NCBI GenBank assembly: GCA_011364965.1 | Contig: RDOB01000003.1 | Coordinates: 464,939 to 528,938, forward strand | Origin: Candidatus Heimdallarchaeota archaeon | GTDB lineage: Archaea; Asgardarchaeota; Heimdallarchaeia; Hodarchaeales; Hodarchaeaceae | Direction: 5' to 3' | Length of the DNA: 64,000 bases | Shown here: positions 40,234 to 50,398 of the stretch, in pieces | How the letters are laid out: every line of letters starts with the position of its first letter | Numbering within the stretch: position 1 is the first letter of the stretch | Notes under the pieces: model-generated | The model's database searches: none | Seen by the model: the letters and a program-made list of their open reading frames with translations, nothing else | Told to the model about the DNA's origin: nothing | Program-made: the position numbers and the translations under genes

Positions 40234-42984
40234 CTATACATCCAATACATCAAACCCTTCGACATCGACTTCTCCCATAACTTCTCTTATTTCTTTGAAA
40301 GCATTATCTATTGCCGTACTAATAGAAATACTAGGATCAGAAACGTCTATATACCGGCCACGAGGGGTCATGTCGCAGAGCTCACGAAGTTTAGGTGCTA
40401 GTGCCTTCACTTCTGATCCCACACCTACAATGACTATATTAATAGTCAAAAGATTCTCGTCAATAAAATCAGGTATTGATTGTGCCATTATTCTAGTGAA
40501 GATATCAGGTATAAGACTAGACCGTCTTTTTCGCTCAAGTGAAAATCTATGACTTTTATTATCTTCGCCATCAGTTAATGCTATGAGCCACTTCTGTTCG
40601 TTGCCTTTTTCGTTATTTAAAAAGATTAACGCGTCTCCCAACGCATCATAAAATGCAGTCATACCATCAGGATATTTTAAACTTGAAATTGTTTTGAGAA
40701 TTGTGCTTTCTCGGTTACGTACATCCCCTAGTGGCAACAATGTTTTAGATTCTGAGGAAAAAATAACAAGGCCAACTTTATCTTGAGGATTAATTTGATC
40801 TTGGAACAATTTTCTGGTTCCTTTTACAACAGATCTAATCTTAGAACCATCCATCGAACCAGAATAATCTAAAACAAATAAAGCCATTTTTGGCATAATC
40901 AACTTTTTCCTAATATTCGCTGCAGAAACTTTTGCTCGGTGACTCTCTGTAGAACGATCTAATTCATCATACGTTGAGGCCATACGATCAAGGCATTTTA
41001 AAGCAATATTTACATCATCCACTGATTTAGCTAAGTCAAATGATTTTTGAAGAAGTTTTAATCCTTCTTCGTGTTTGGCCTGTACAATATGGAAAATTGC
41101 ATATTTCAAATAACTGTGAGCAAGTCCACGTGTTTCATTATTCTTTTCCGCAAGATGAATAGCCTCTTTATATTCCCTCTCTGCTTTATCAAAGTCCCCT
41201 AAACGTTCATGGATTATCCCAAGGTTACCAATTCGAGTGATTAAACCTTTAGTATTATTGATTTCCTCATCATAAGCTTTTGCTCTTTCCAAAAGCTGCA
41301 AACTCATTTGATAAGCTTCACGGTCGAGATACAATAGGCCAAGATTATTAAGGCGAGAAGCTAAGCCTTTCTTGTCTCCTTGTTTCTCACCAATATCAAT
41401 AGCTTCCTGATAATGTTCCCGAGCCCTGTTAAAATCATTCCAAGCTCGATAGATGTTGCCAAGGTTATTTTTCGCTATGGCTATTCCTCGTTCGTTTTTC
41501 GTGGTTGTAAAGAGGGTGAGGGCTTTTTGGTAGTTTTGGTATGCGCGTTTAAGATCACCTCTATAATAGTCTGTATTTCCAAAACGTAGAGATGTTAATA
41601 GATTATCAAATGCTGAATGCAATGTTGCTACTTCCTTCCCCATACTTCGTGGATTCCCACGTAAATCTCTTGATAAATCGCCTTCTGCTATAAAATTTAC
41701 CATGCTAGTAAGTTCTTTAACAGGTTGTACAATTTTATTTGACATATATGAACCTGCTACAACGACTCCTATGATTACTACCGATAAAGCTAAGATAAAT
41801 ACCATCGTTTGTTGAATAGCTAGATTATTAATCGTATTTCTAATAGCTATGGCTGATGCAATTATATCTTGTTCTGGTACGACAATACCCAAAGAATATC
41901 CAGTTGTATTAATTGGAATGTAGGAAATATACCATGTTTTGCCCATCTTAGCGTAAGGTTCCGTCACAATTTGACCAGAAATCATTTTTGGTAAAATATT
42001 GGATTCAAAGGAAGTTTTTTCGGTAACTGATTGGCCAAATTCCAACTCTCCGAGAGTTGGGACTTCTTCAGCTTCGGGATCGGCTTCAGGGTGGGAAATA
42101 ACATTTCCCTGTGAATCAATCATAAAAGCATACCCATTATCCAGAACTTCCACTCCTAAAATAGCATCATTAATAACATCAATTGTAATATCTGCACTCA
42201 CAACTCCAATCAAAGATCCGTTGGAAAAGTGGGAAGGCCGGCCTATTGACATCAATAATCCTGCAGGATCCCAATAAGGGGAAGTAAATGCTGTAGAATC
42301 ATCATCCAAGCTTGCTGCGTTCGTATACCATTCTTCTGCATGAGGATCGTAATCAAATCCCGTTGTTTCATAAAAATCTATACACCATGACATACTATCA
42401 TAAGGATAGTTCTTAAATAAGTGCCCATCTCCTTCAAAACCGGCATAAAGCCATACATAATTGCGATTTGCTTTGTGCAAAGATCTAAACATATTATCCA
42501 TATTTGATGCGCTGTTTAGTATTTCCTGCATTTGAGAACTAAGATCGAAGGGATCATTCCCTCTCATATGCTCCTTGGGGAGATAATAACAGCTAACATC
42601 AAATGAGATGTAAGATTCATAATCCGAATCATAAGCTAGTCCAGGAACGTTATATCCTGTTTCTGCAAATTCTAAAGCAGAATCCCAATAATAAGAATGA
42701 CCAGGAGTGATATTCACTTCCCCATTAAAGAGCGATTCAGTATATCGATCCAGCATTTTGATTTCTGATTCATACTGTTTGAATGTTTCATCAATGAAAA
42801 GAGCTTCATCTGATGCAATACGCTCAAGATTTGCAATGGAATCAGCTCTAAGGGCATCACTTGAATCTTGAGAATTTTCCTGTGATAATAATAAAATCTG
42901 AGTACCGCTAAGTAATGCCAGAAAAATTACGGGAACAACTAATAATGTCATAAATACAACTAAAATTTTTCTCTGAAGGTTCAA
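40234..42984 (-). CDS. Membrane receptor: TM-dCache_1-TM-HAMP-TPR-VWA
   Basis: dCache motifs, HAMP (PVKELT..GDL..EVATL..AF), TPR repeats (NNLGNIY, NNLGLLY, GNLGIIH), VWA with MIDAS DYSGS..T..TDGED. Confidence 0.88.
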   Translation of the reverse strand: MNLQRKILVVFMTLLVVPVIFLALLSGTQILLLSQENSQDSSDALRADSIANLERIASDEALFIDETFKQYESEIKMLDRYTESLFNGEVNITPGHSYYWDSALEFAETGYNVPGLAYDSDYESYISFDVSCYYLPKEHMRGNDPFDLSSQMQEILNSASNMDNMFRSLHKANRNYVWLYAGFEGDGHLFKNYPYDSMSWCIDFYETTGFDYDPHAEEWYTNAASLDDDSTAFTSPYWDPAGLLMSIGRPSHFSNGSLIGVVSADITIDVINDAILGVEVLDNGYAFMIDSQGNVISHPEADPEAEEVPTLGELEFGQSVTEKTSFESNILPKMISGQIVTEPYAKMGKTWYISYIPINTTGYSLGIVVPEQDIIASAIAIRNTINNLAIQQTMVFILALSVVIIGVVVAGSYMSNKIVQPVKELTSMVNFIAEGDLSRDLRGNPRSMGKEVATLHSAFDNLLTSLRFGNTDYYRGDLKRAYQNYQKALTLFTTTKNERGIAIAKNNLGNIYRAWNDFNRAREHYQEAIDIGEKQGDKKGLASRLNNLGLLYLDREAYQMSLQLLERAKAYDEEINNTKGLITRIGNLGIIHERLGDFDKAEREYKEAIHLAEKNNETRGLAHSYLKYAIFHIVQAKHEEGLKLLQKSFDLAKSVDDVNIALKCLDRMASTYDELDRSTESHRAKVSAANIRKKLIMPKMALFVLDYSGSMDGSKIRSVVKGTRKLFQDQINPQDKVGLVIFSSESKTLLPLGDVRNRESTILKTISSLKYPDGMTAFYDALGDALIFLNNEKGNEQKWLIALTDGEDNKSHRFSLERKRRSSLIPDIFTRIMAQSIPDFIDENLLTINIVIVGVGSEVKALAPKLRELCDMTPRGRYIDVSDPSISISTAIDNAFKEIREVMGEVDVEGFDVLDV

Positions 42985-43154
42985 ATTTGTATCAACCTCT
43001 CGTAGACCAAAAACTATTGGTGAAATTCAGCTCAAACCAGAAGTAGTTTATCTTTTAAATGCTCCTAATGACGAACCTGTAGAGAACTTCTACAATGTTA
43101 CAGCTTATATATTATGCAAATATAAGGTAAGAAAAAGAAGAGGCAATCCCTTCA

Positions 43155-45062
43155 ATGAAATCTACCGAATGGACTATTAATGACTCTCAGAACGTCTATG
43201 GAATAGGAAAAACTTTTCGGGAGTTTAATTTCCTAGAAATTAATTCCCAGGGAGAATTATGCTTGAGAATTAAAGACGAAATAATTTCATTCAAAGAAAT
43301 TCTATCCCGTCTTCATAAACAAATCACATGGACGGATATTGATCAATGTCCTTCATTAACCCTACGGATACCACAGCTGGTTGAATATCAAATTGCCAAA
43401 CTAAACCAATCTTTTTCAAAAGCACTCAATGAGTATAATTATAAAGGAGAGTTCACTGCTGTTTATCCTATTAAAGTAAATCAGCAGAAACATGCCATTA
43501 ATTCGGTATTAAAAAGCAAATTTATAAAATATGGACTTGAAGTGGGAACAAAAGCTGAATTTCTTATAACCCTAAGAGCCCTTAAAGACCATACTGATAG
43601 ATATTTAGTTTGCAATGGGGTAAAGGATTTAGAATATTTAGGATTAGCTATTAAAAAGCTTCAGGAAGGGTGGAATGTCCTCATATCGGTTGAAACCTTT
43701 AGAGAATTGAAAACTCTTCTCAATTTAACTACAGATCCATCAATCTTGAAATTGAGCTTGCGATTAAAACCCTATTTTTCTGTGAGTGGACACTGGGCGC
43801 ACTCATCAGGAAGGGACTCGAAATTTGGATTGTCTATCGGTGAATTAACAGAAGTTTTAACTTACCTAGAGGAAACTAATAATAAAAATATCGTTGTGGC
43901 TCTTCATGCTCATATTGGGTCTCAGATTACATCTCTTGAAGACTTCAAATTTTTAGCCCAATATCTCACTATATTGTATAAGGAATTTAGAAATAAAGGG
44001 TTACATAATCTTCACATATTAGACTTTGGTGGAGGGCTTTCAATAGATTATGAAGGAAGAATTACCGACAAAAATCCAGACACCTTTGATACTTATGCGA
44101 AGCATATAGTTGAAGGGATTGTAACAACAATAGATGATTTTGATCACCCTGATATCATGATTGAAACAGGTAGGGCTATTACTGCTCTTTCATCCATTGT
44201 ACTTGCTCAAATTCTTGAAATAAAAGATATTTTCCCAGAAGGAAAGATTAAGGATGAGGAAAAGGCTTTTGTTGAAGAATGGAAAAAGAGAATTCAAAAA
44301 ATTACTACAGTAGATGAATTCCGAACCACGTGGTTTGAGTTATTAGGTTATGATGCTAAAAAGAATTCATCTTTAAGAACTACTTCCGAGTTATTTCATC
44401 ATGAAATCCTAGTGAGCAAAATTCGTAGGCTATTTCGAAAAGAATTGGGAAAGGAGTTCTATCTGAAGACCCTACAACAATTCATAAGCGACCCAAGCCT
44501 TAATCTGCTTTTTACTCAAGCAGAGAAATATGCTCTTTGTAATTTCTCTGTCTTTAATAGCGCTTGTGATCATATTCTAGTTAAGCAATATTTTCCTATT
44601 TTTCCAATAGAATTTCTTGATAAACAACCAGAAACTATAGTTAGAATTGTAGATATTACTTGTGACTCTGATGGCGAGATATCCCAATTTATCACCAAAA
44701 GAACAGATACTCACCCTAAATTTACCCTTGATCATTACCCGCTCCAAATTCCAGTCCCTGTAACACTGAAAGGAATCCCCGTTCCCAATTGTGATGGTTT
44801 GAATGAATCTTATTTTGCAATTGGACTTTTAGGAGCTTATCAGGATATTATAGAATTCGATCATAATCTTCTAGGTGATCTTCCAGACGCATTAATTCAG
44901 TTAGATGGAGATGATTGGAAAATTGAATGGTCTTCAGACCCTGAAAGTCCACAAAAATTAATTACAAAAATGGGATACAAAGGAGATGAAATTTTCCCAA
45001 ATATGGGAAAAATGTCTTATGCAAAGGACTCGTGGAACAGAAAGGAGAATAATACTGATTAA
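43155..45062 (+). CDS. speA: Biosynthetic PLP-dependent arginine decarboxylase
   Basis: YPIKVNQ, GLEVGTKAE, CNGVKD, SKFGL, HIGSQI, DFGGGL, ETGRA, NFSVF, DITCDSDG, GAYQ, HNLLG. Confidence 0.92.
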   Translation: MKSTEWTINDSQNVYGIGKTFREFNFLEINSQGELCLRIKDEIISFKEILSRLHKQITWTDIDQCPSLTLRIPQLVEYQIAKLNQSFSKALNEYNYKGEFTAVYPIKVNQQKHAINSVLKSKFIKYGLEVGTKAEFLITLRALKDHTDRYLVCNGVKDLEYLGLAIKKLQEGWNVLISVETFRELKTLLNLTTDPSILKLSLRLKPYFSVSGHWAHSSGRDSKFGLSIGELTEVLTYLEETNNKNIVVALHAHIGSQITSLEDFKFLAQYLTILYKEFRNKGLHNLHILDFGGGLSIDYEGRITDKNPDTFDTYAKHIVEGIVTTIDDFDHPDIMIETGRAITALSSIVLAQILEIKDIFPEGKIKDEEKAFVEEWKKRIQKITTVDEFRTTWFELLGYDAKKNSSLRTTSELFHHEILVSKIRRLFRKELGKEFYLKTLQQFISDPSLNLLFTQAEKYALCNFSVFNSACDHILVKQYFPIFPIEFLDKQPETIVRIVDITCDSDGEISQFITKRTDTHPKFTLDHYPLQIPVPVTLKGIPVPNCDGLNESYFAIGLLGAYQDIIEFDHNLLGDLPDALIQLDGDDWKIEWSSDPESPQKLITKMGYKGDEIFPNMGKMSYAKDSWNRKENNTD

Positions 45063-45515
45063 TCATCATGTGAACTCCTTATTGTCTCATTTCCTACTAG
45101 TTCGACAGTAGTTCAAGCTTCTTCGATAAAAATGGACAGAAAAGAACTTAATACATCAAAATAGGTCCATGGAAAAAACATTTAAGAAAACTATATCTCA
45201 TTAGCGGAAGTTATCCAAGATTTCATATCAAATCTGTTTTCTGTTTTTCTTCATCAGATCATATCAATAATCTTTGTATGTAATTAATTAGGCATTATAT
45301 ATCCCTCTAGCAGTTCCTGAACTTCCTCAATGGAATATCTACGATCAAGTTCACCACACGATTAATGTGGAAGCTATAATTTTAAGTAATCGGGTTTGTT
45401 TCGATATAAACAAAAGGAAGACCATCCGCAAAAATGCTCCGTTTCCAATCTACCTCTTGTTTTATGGTTTCTAGCTCTATCTAGAGCAATTTATATTGCC
45501 ATCGTGCATGAAATT

Positions 45516-46091
45516 CTAAATCTTTTTTGTAGCTTTGATGAAAAACCACTTTTTATGGTTATCTGCAATTTTAAGGTGAAATTTGGTTTCATTAAGTATC
45601 TGTTTTACTACCATTAAATTACGATTCCTTTGTTTTGTACCATAACCAGTATTTATCTTCTTTCCACTAGGTAAGGTAATTTGTAGCCTTAAAATAAATA
45701 AATCATTCTGATTTGATATTGTTGCATCCCAAATCCAAAATTCCCCATTATTTTTTAAAACGCGATATGTTTCCTTGCACATTGCTCTAAATGTCTCCAA
45801 GGACATATACATTCCACTAAAGAATAATGTAGCATTGTCAAAATACTCATTAGTATAAGGAAGATCGGTTGCATCAGCTAGAATCCAATTAGCATTCAGA
45901 GCATGTGGTTTTGCCTCATCAATTTCGCTTTGAAGTTTATCTATGGCTGTAATTCGTTCTTTTCCAATTTGAGCTATGACCCCTTCTCCACCTCCTCCAA
46001 TATCAATAACTGAACCATCAGGTATTGATTCAATAATAATTTTTGTCATTGGAGTAAAAAGCATTTGAATAAATGGTTTTAATCTTCTCAT
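45516..46091 (-). CDS. Class I SAM-dependent methyltransferase
   Basis: IDIGGGGEG, DATDLPY...FD, RVLKNNG. Confidence 0.88.
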   Translation of the reverse strand: MRRLKPFIQMLFTPMTKIIIESIPDGSVIDIGGGGEGVIAQIGKERITAIDKLQSEIDEAKPHALNANWILADATDLPYTNEYFDNATLFFSGMYMSLETFRAMCKETYRVLKNNGEFWIWDATISNQNDLFILRLQITLPSGKKINTGYGTKQRNRNLMVVKQILNETKFHLKIADNHKKWFFIKATKKI

Positions 46092-46163
46092 TCTTTTTCA
46101 CTTTGCCTTAGAGAGAGTTTAATCAAAAATAAATAATCCAGAAAAGTAAATTTCTGATGACCA

Positions 46164-47198
46164 TCATGCAAGAGAATCCAAAACTGATTGTGGTAAATAA
46201 AAAGCAAACTTGCAGTTCTCATCTCCGTTAAGAACTGATGACAATAACTGCACTTTAACAGGTTGATCTAATACGGCTTCCCAATAGTTTTTGAAGTAAC
46301 CTGCGCTACAATTACAGAAAATTGGAGGAATTTGTTGATCTTCCATCAAAAAAGCTTCACGTATCCAAGGACAATGACAGTAATAATATCGTTTCTTTTG
46401 TTCATTGGGCTCATTAAGATACTGTTTAATCATATAAGGGGTTTTTTTTATCAAAACCTGGTTTCCTTCGCGTATTCCTGTTTCAATTGATTGATCATTT
46501 TTAACAAAATCGATAACTTGTTGATCAACTTCTTGTGTATAAAAAAGAGTCCCCTCTTCATGATGTTTCTCGAGAGTCTTTACATAGTTTTGATGTTTGA
46601 GTCGTAAAAATTCATCAATATCCTTACTTTTAAGGAATTCTTCCCGTGGTTTTTTATAAGCCTCTCTATACTTATCACGTAATCCATCTGCAAGGAATTC
46701 AACGCATTTTTTTCTGTCAACTTGAGCAAGGAATCGTTCTATCAATTTTTTGGTGATTTCAGGCTTCTTTTGCGGATTTGTACCAAGAGGGGGAAATGCG
46801 ATGTCTTTAAAGATAATATTTCTTATTTCATCCCCAAATTCTTTAGTTAAACGTTCCGAAAAGTTGACCAATACCTCCTTGCCATCAATAATTTCAATTG
46901 AAGCAATCAATAATTGATGATTCTTAATATAATGACCAAAACGCACAAGAGCAAGGTAATTATCAAATGAGTTCTTATTTTTTTCAATTAAATGAGTTGA
47001 GTAATTATAAACATCCTCATATGTTGCATAAATGATTGATTTATCCTTTTCAGATAGAAATTGATTAAAATCGTTAATAGTATCCACAGTATCAGTAATC
47101 TTTTCCAAGTCTATTTTTCTTTCCATCAAGAAGTCTGTAAATCCATCTACATCCATGTAATCACCCAAGATTTGAAAAATTACTAATCTAAATGACAA
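46164..47198 (-). CDS. DUF6144/V4R-like Cys-containing protein
   Basis: YCHCPW, FCNCSAG, WEAVLDQPVKV...SVLNGD..C.F; probable start at MDVDGF (GGGTGA RBS). Confidence 0.7.
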   Translation of the reverse strand: MSFRLVIFQILGDYMDVDGFTDFLMERKIDLEKITDTVDTINDFNQFLSEKDKSIIYATYEDVYNYSTHLIEKNKNSFDNYLALVRFGHYIKNHQLLIASIEIIDGKEVLVNFSERLTKEFGDEIRNIIFKDIAFPPLGTNPQKKPEITKKLIERFLAQVDRKKCVEFLADGLRDKYREAYKKPREEFLKSKDIDEFLRLKHQNYVKTLEKHHEEGTLFYTQEVDQQVIDFVKNDQSIETGIREGNQVLIKKTPYMIKQYLNEPNEQKKRYYYCHCPWIREAFLMEDQQIPPIFCNCSAGYFKNYWEAVLDQPVKVQLLSSVLNGDENCKFAFYLPQSVLDSLA

Positions 47199-47462
47199 TT
47201 AATGACAATAATTGGCATAATTTATTAGCACTATTGTGTTGGCAATTTTCTCTTTCATTATATTTTTTTTGAAAATTAATTTGAATCTAATGCGTTGGAT
47301 GGAAGAACTAATAATCTAAACCAGAAGAATTATTAAGGTTTCCTTTTAACTCACTAATTGACAAATTTATCAACACAAAGTTCAAAAAAAGTATTCTTTC
47401 AATTATCCAAACTCCAATCAAAAGAAAGATTAAGAATGATTTTTCGAATTTGGTGACTTTTT

Positions 47463-48155
47463 CTAATAGATCTTAGGTACGAGACGAAATTTGACTCGGT
47501 TCATGTATTCCTTATATCCTGGGAGGTGATTTACTAGCATATTTTCTTCTATTCGGATTCTATAAAGAAGCAAGAGAATAAATAATAAAGATCCTAATAA
47601 ACCGACCAACGATCCCAATGCAAGCGGAATGCAGATACAGAAAATTACTACTGTAAAATACATTGGATGTCTTATATAGCGATATGGACCAGTAGTTATC
47701 AGTTCATGGTCTTTGTGAATAACCAATCCTTTGGAAGCATATCTATTAACCTTATTAACATAGGTCATGGCAATTAACCCAAATATCAAGCCCATAAATC
47801 CAAGGATCTCAATATACCAAGGAAGGGGAGAGATCCTTAAAGCGTGATCAATACCAGGAAAAATCATGAGAAACACAAACACTGGTACAGCGAGAATCAT
47901 GAAAGTTTTATCAGGGAAAATTTTGGTATCTGGATCATCGGTAGTATATTTGCTTCGTTTCATTAATATCGCTGGATCTTTGATTAGAGAATAGAGTAAA
48001 TATAAGAATATATATACGAAAAAAATGATGATAAACAACCAACCTTCTAACCAAGAAAAATCATTAGCTGGAAGGAGGATAAGCGCTCCAAAGATAATAA
48101 ACGTTATTGGAGTGTAGAAAATCATGATTAATAAGATTTTAAGGCGGTCATTCAT
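47463..48155 (-). CDS. ICMT/Ste14-family membrane methyltransferase
   Basis: HELITTGPYRYIRHPMY, RIRIEENML, YRLVP-like end FRLVPKIY. Confidence 0.9.
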   Translation of the reverse strand: MNDRLKILLIMIFYTPITFIIFGALILLPANDFSWLEGWLFIIIFFVYIFLYLLYSLIKDPAILMKRSKYTTDDPDTKIFPDKTFMILAVPVFVFLMIFPGIDHALRISPLPWYIEILGFMGLIFGLIAMTYVNKVNRYASKGLVIHKDHELITTGPYRYIRHPMYFTVVIFCICIPLALGSLVGLLGSLLFILLLLYRIRIEENMLVNHLPGYKEYMNRVKFRLVPKIY

Positions 48156-48514
48156 ATATTTCCCTCGAAAGACAGATTTAAATTAGTTCTACAAGAAGAT
48201 TCACATAGTTAGGAAAAAATTACTAATATCTAGTTTTTAAGCAATTTTATTAACGCAAATTTCAATAATTGGTGCTTATTTAGTGGTATTAGAAAATTCG
48301 TGCTCAATTGCTTTTACAAATGCATTAAATTTGCTTTTCTCTTCCATAAATTCACCAGATAAACTTTCATTAATATTAGGATTCAAATAATTATTTATTC
48401 CTAAAATGGATATATTCAACATCACATATCAAAACGATTGCGCTAATCAAAAGGATTTTATAACAACAGACACTAGATTATATGAACCTTTTTTAAGCTA
48501 ACAAACAATGACTA

Positions 48515-48973
48515 ATGGAGATCGCCAATTTGATATCAAAAAGCATATTATTTCCCCTCATTACATTATTTACCATAATCATTGGATTAACAATTGCTTA
48601 TTTCATATCACAAGAATCAATTGCTGTGAATTTAGCGGAGATTGATACTGAATTTTCACTTCACATCGGGGAGTCAGCTATCATAAAAGATCAGGGGATC
48701 AAAATTAAATTTATTGATGTATTAGAAGATTCTAGATGTCCGAGTGATGTACAATGTATATGGGAGGGAACAGTCTCCTTAATGATAAATATAAAATATA
48801 ACGAACAGGATCTAGGGAATTTTGTTCTAAATTCAACTAATTTACATAAAGCATCCTTCATGGAGTATTATGTTCAATTCAAGGAGCTAAATCCATATCC
48901 GGTTTCAACCCAGATTATTCCAAAGACAGCGTATCAAGCCACTTTTAGAGTTGCTCAATATGGACTTGATTGA
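48515..48973 (+). CDS. Membrane-anchored hypothetical protein with EDSRCP..V.C.W.G motif
   Basis: N-terminal TM; conserved-looking LEDSRCPSDVQCIWEG and LNPYP. Confidence 0.75.
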   Translation: MEIANLISKSILFPLITLFTIIIGLTIAYFISQESIAVNLAEIDTEFSLHIGESAIIKDQGIKIKFIDVLEDSRCPSDVQCIWEGTVSLMINIKYNEQDLGNFVLNSTNLHKASFMEYYVQFKELNPYPVSTQIIPKTAYQATFRVAQYGLD

Positions 48974-49405
48974 GATTTTTGATATTACATGTGATATATG
49001 ACATACTTGTAGAGGCAAATTAATAGCGAATTTTCAAGCTATTTTACAAATAGTGATCGCAATCTTCATCATATTCTGTTTTTGCCCTGGAATTGCAATC
49101 TTATTAGCTATCAACTTTTCTTTTATAATTATTGTAACTTATGAACACTAATATTTCAAATTTAATTGATTTAAATAAATAAAATGGATATATTGAAGTT
49201 TGTGAAAGAATTATCCCTGCTTTCAACCTTTACTCAAGCTATTGCTTTAAAGAGGCTTCCAAGAAACATGAGTTTGTCATAAGATTGAAATAAACATCTA
49301 AAGAAGGATTATTTTATCATACCAAGTTTCTTTCCTTCTTTATAACATAATTCCTGAATTTAAAAGCATTTTCGAAAAGTCCCTAAGGGGGATAAATGTT
49401 CAATT

Positions 49406-49795
49406 TCAAGTAGAGGCCTTAATACCAAAATCAATTCTGGAGGGAATTAGGATCCCATAGATTTTCTTGGTCAATTTATGGAATTGAATTTGTAATTGCT
49501 TATCTTGATCACCATGACTAGCAATATAATCCCAAGCATCTCGGGTAAGGCCATAATGCTGCAATCTGTCATTTATTATTTGTTCAAATGAATAAATTCC
49601 GTCTTGATATGAAATCGCCTTACTTAGTATCAAATCGAATTCAATAGCTAATTGTAAGTAAATCTTTTGCTCAGTTGAGGTTAGTTTGGATGAGGCAAGG
49701 GATTTGGGAAAAATAAAATCCAATGGTAAATGATAACTAAGCTTGATTGTGTTCAAGTCTTCTTCAGTTTCTTTATCTTCTATCATAACTTTCAT
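49406..49795 (-). CDS. Hypothetical protein
   Basis: 129-aa ORF with protein-like composition; no family recognised. Confidence 0.5.
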   Translation of the reverse strand: MKVMIEDKETEEDLNTIKLSYHLPLDFIFPKSLASSKLTSTEQKIYLQLAIEFDLILSKAISYQDGIYSFEQIINDRLQHYGLTRDAWDYIASHGDQDKQLQIQFHKLTKKIYGILIPSRIDFGIKAST

Positions 49796-50398
49796 TTCCT
49801 TGTGTTTTGTCTAGTAAAGGAGATTTTCTCTGGATATTTCAATGAAATAGATAGAAAAATAGTTTGAGTTACACACATGTGTAAATAAGTCATCTCCATA
49901 AAAATTCAATTCACGAAAAAATGACCTAAATTACTCTTTAATGGACAGAAAGCATATATCTGGTTTTTTTTAATATTTAAGTAAAGAAACGTCTATTTGC
50001 TCACAATGGGAATATATACTTACTTTTTATCTTCTAAAAAGTATTTCAGAATTGTCAAAATCTGAATTAGGTTTAATCCTGATCCTGTTTCTACATCATA
50101 GAAATTATTGAGCTTTTGAAAAGCAAAATTTTAGAAAAAAAATTAATTTTCATCTATTAAATTAAAAATAACATTGATGGACTAATTTACTTGATTTAAG
50201 AGAAGATTTAGTGTTCCATTCCTTTATTAGATAAACTAATACCGTGAACCAATTTCCCAAAGGATTACCAAGAACTTCTGAAGGTAAATTACTAGTATCT
50301 ATATTTAGATTTTAATAAAGAACATATTTCACAGTATTTTACCAACGTATAGATTACCAAAATCTGAGTATTTAAAAGGTGAAAAACATCCTGATTAA

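Noticed and set aside
26832-48155. Two ICMT-family genes plus a prenyltransferase-like barrel as a eukaryote-like CAAX processing pathway
   Set aside because: ICMT-like membrane methyltransferases are widespread in prokaryotes; the genes are unlinked and no CAAX substrate is evident
49793-49900. 35-codon upstream ORF overlapping the start of 49406-49795, and palindrome TTACACA-CA-TGTGTAA (49869-49884)
   Set aside because: Could arise by chance in AT-rich DNA; no supporting homology or second site
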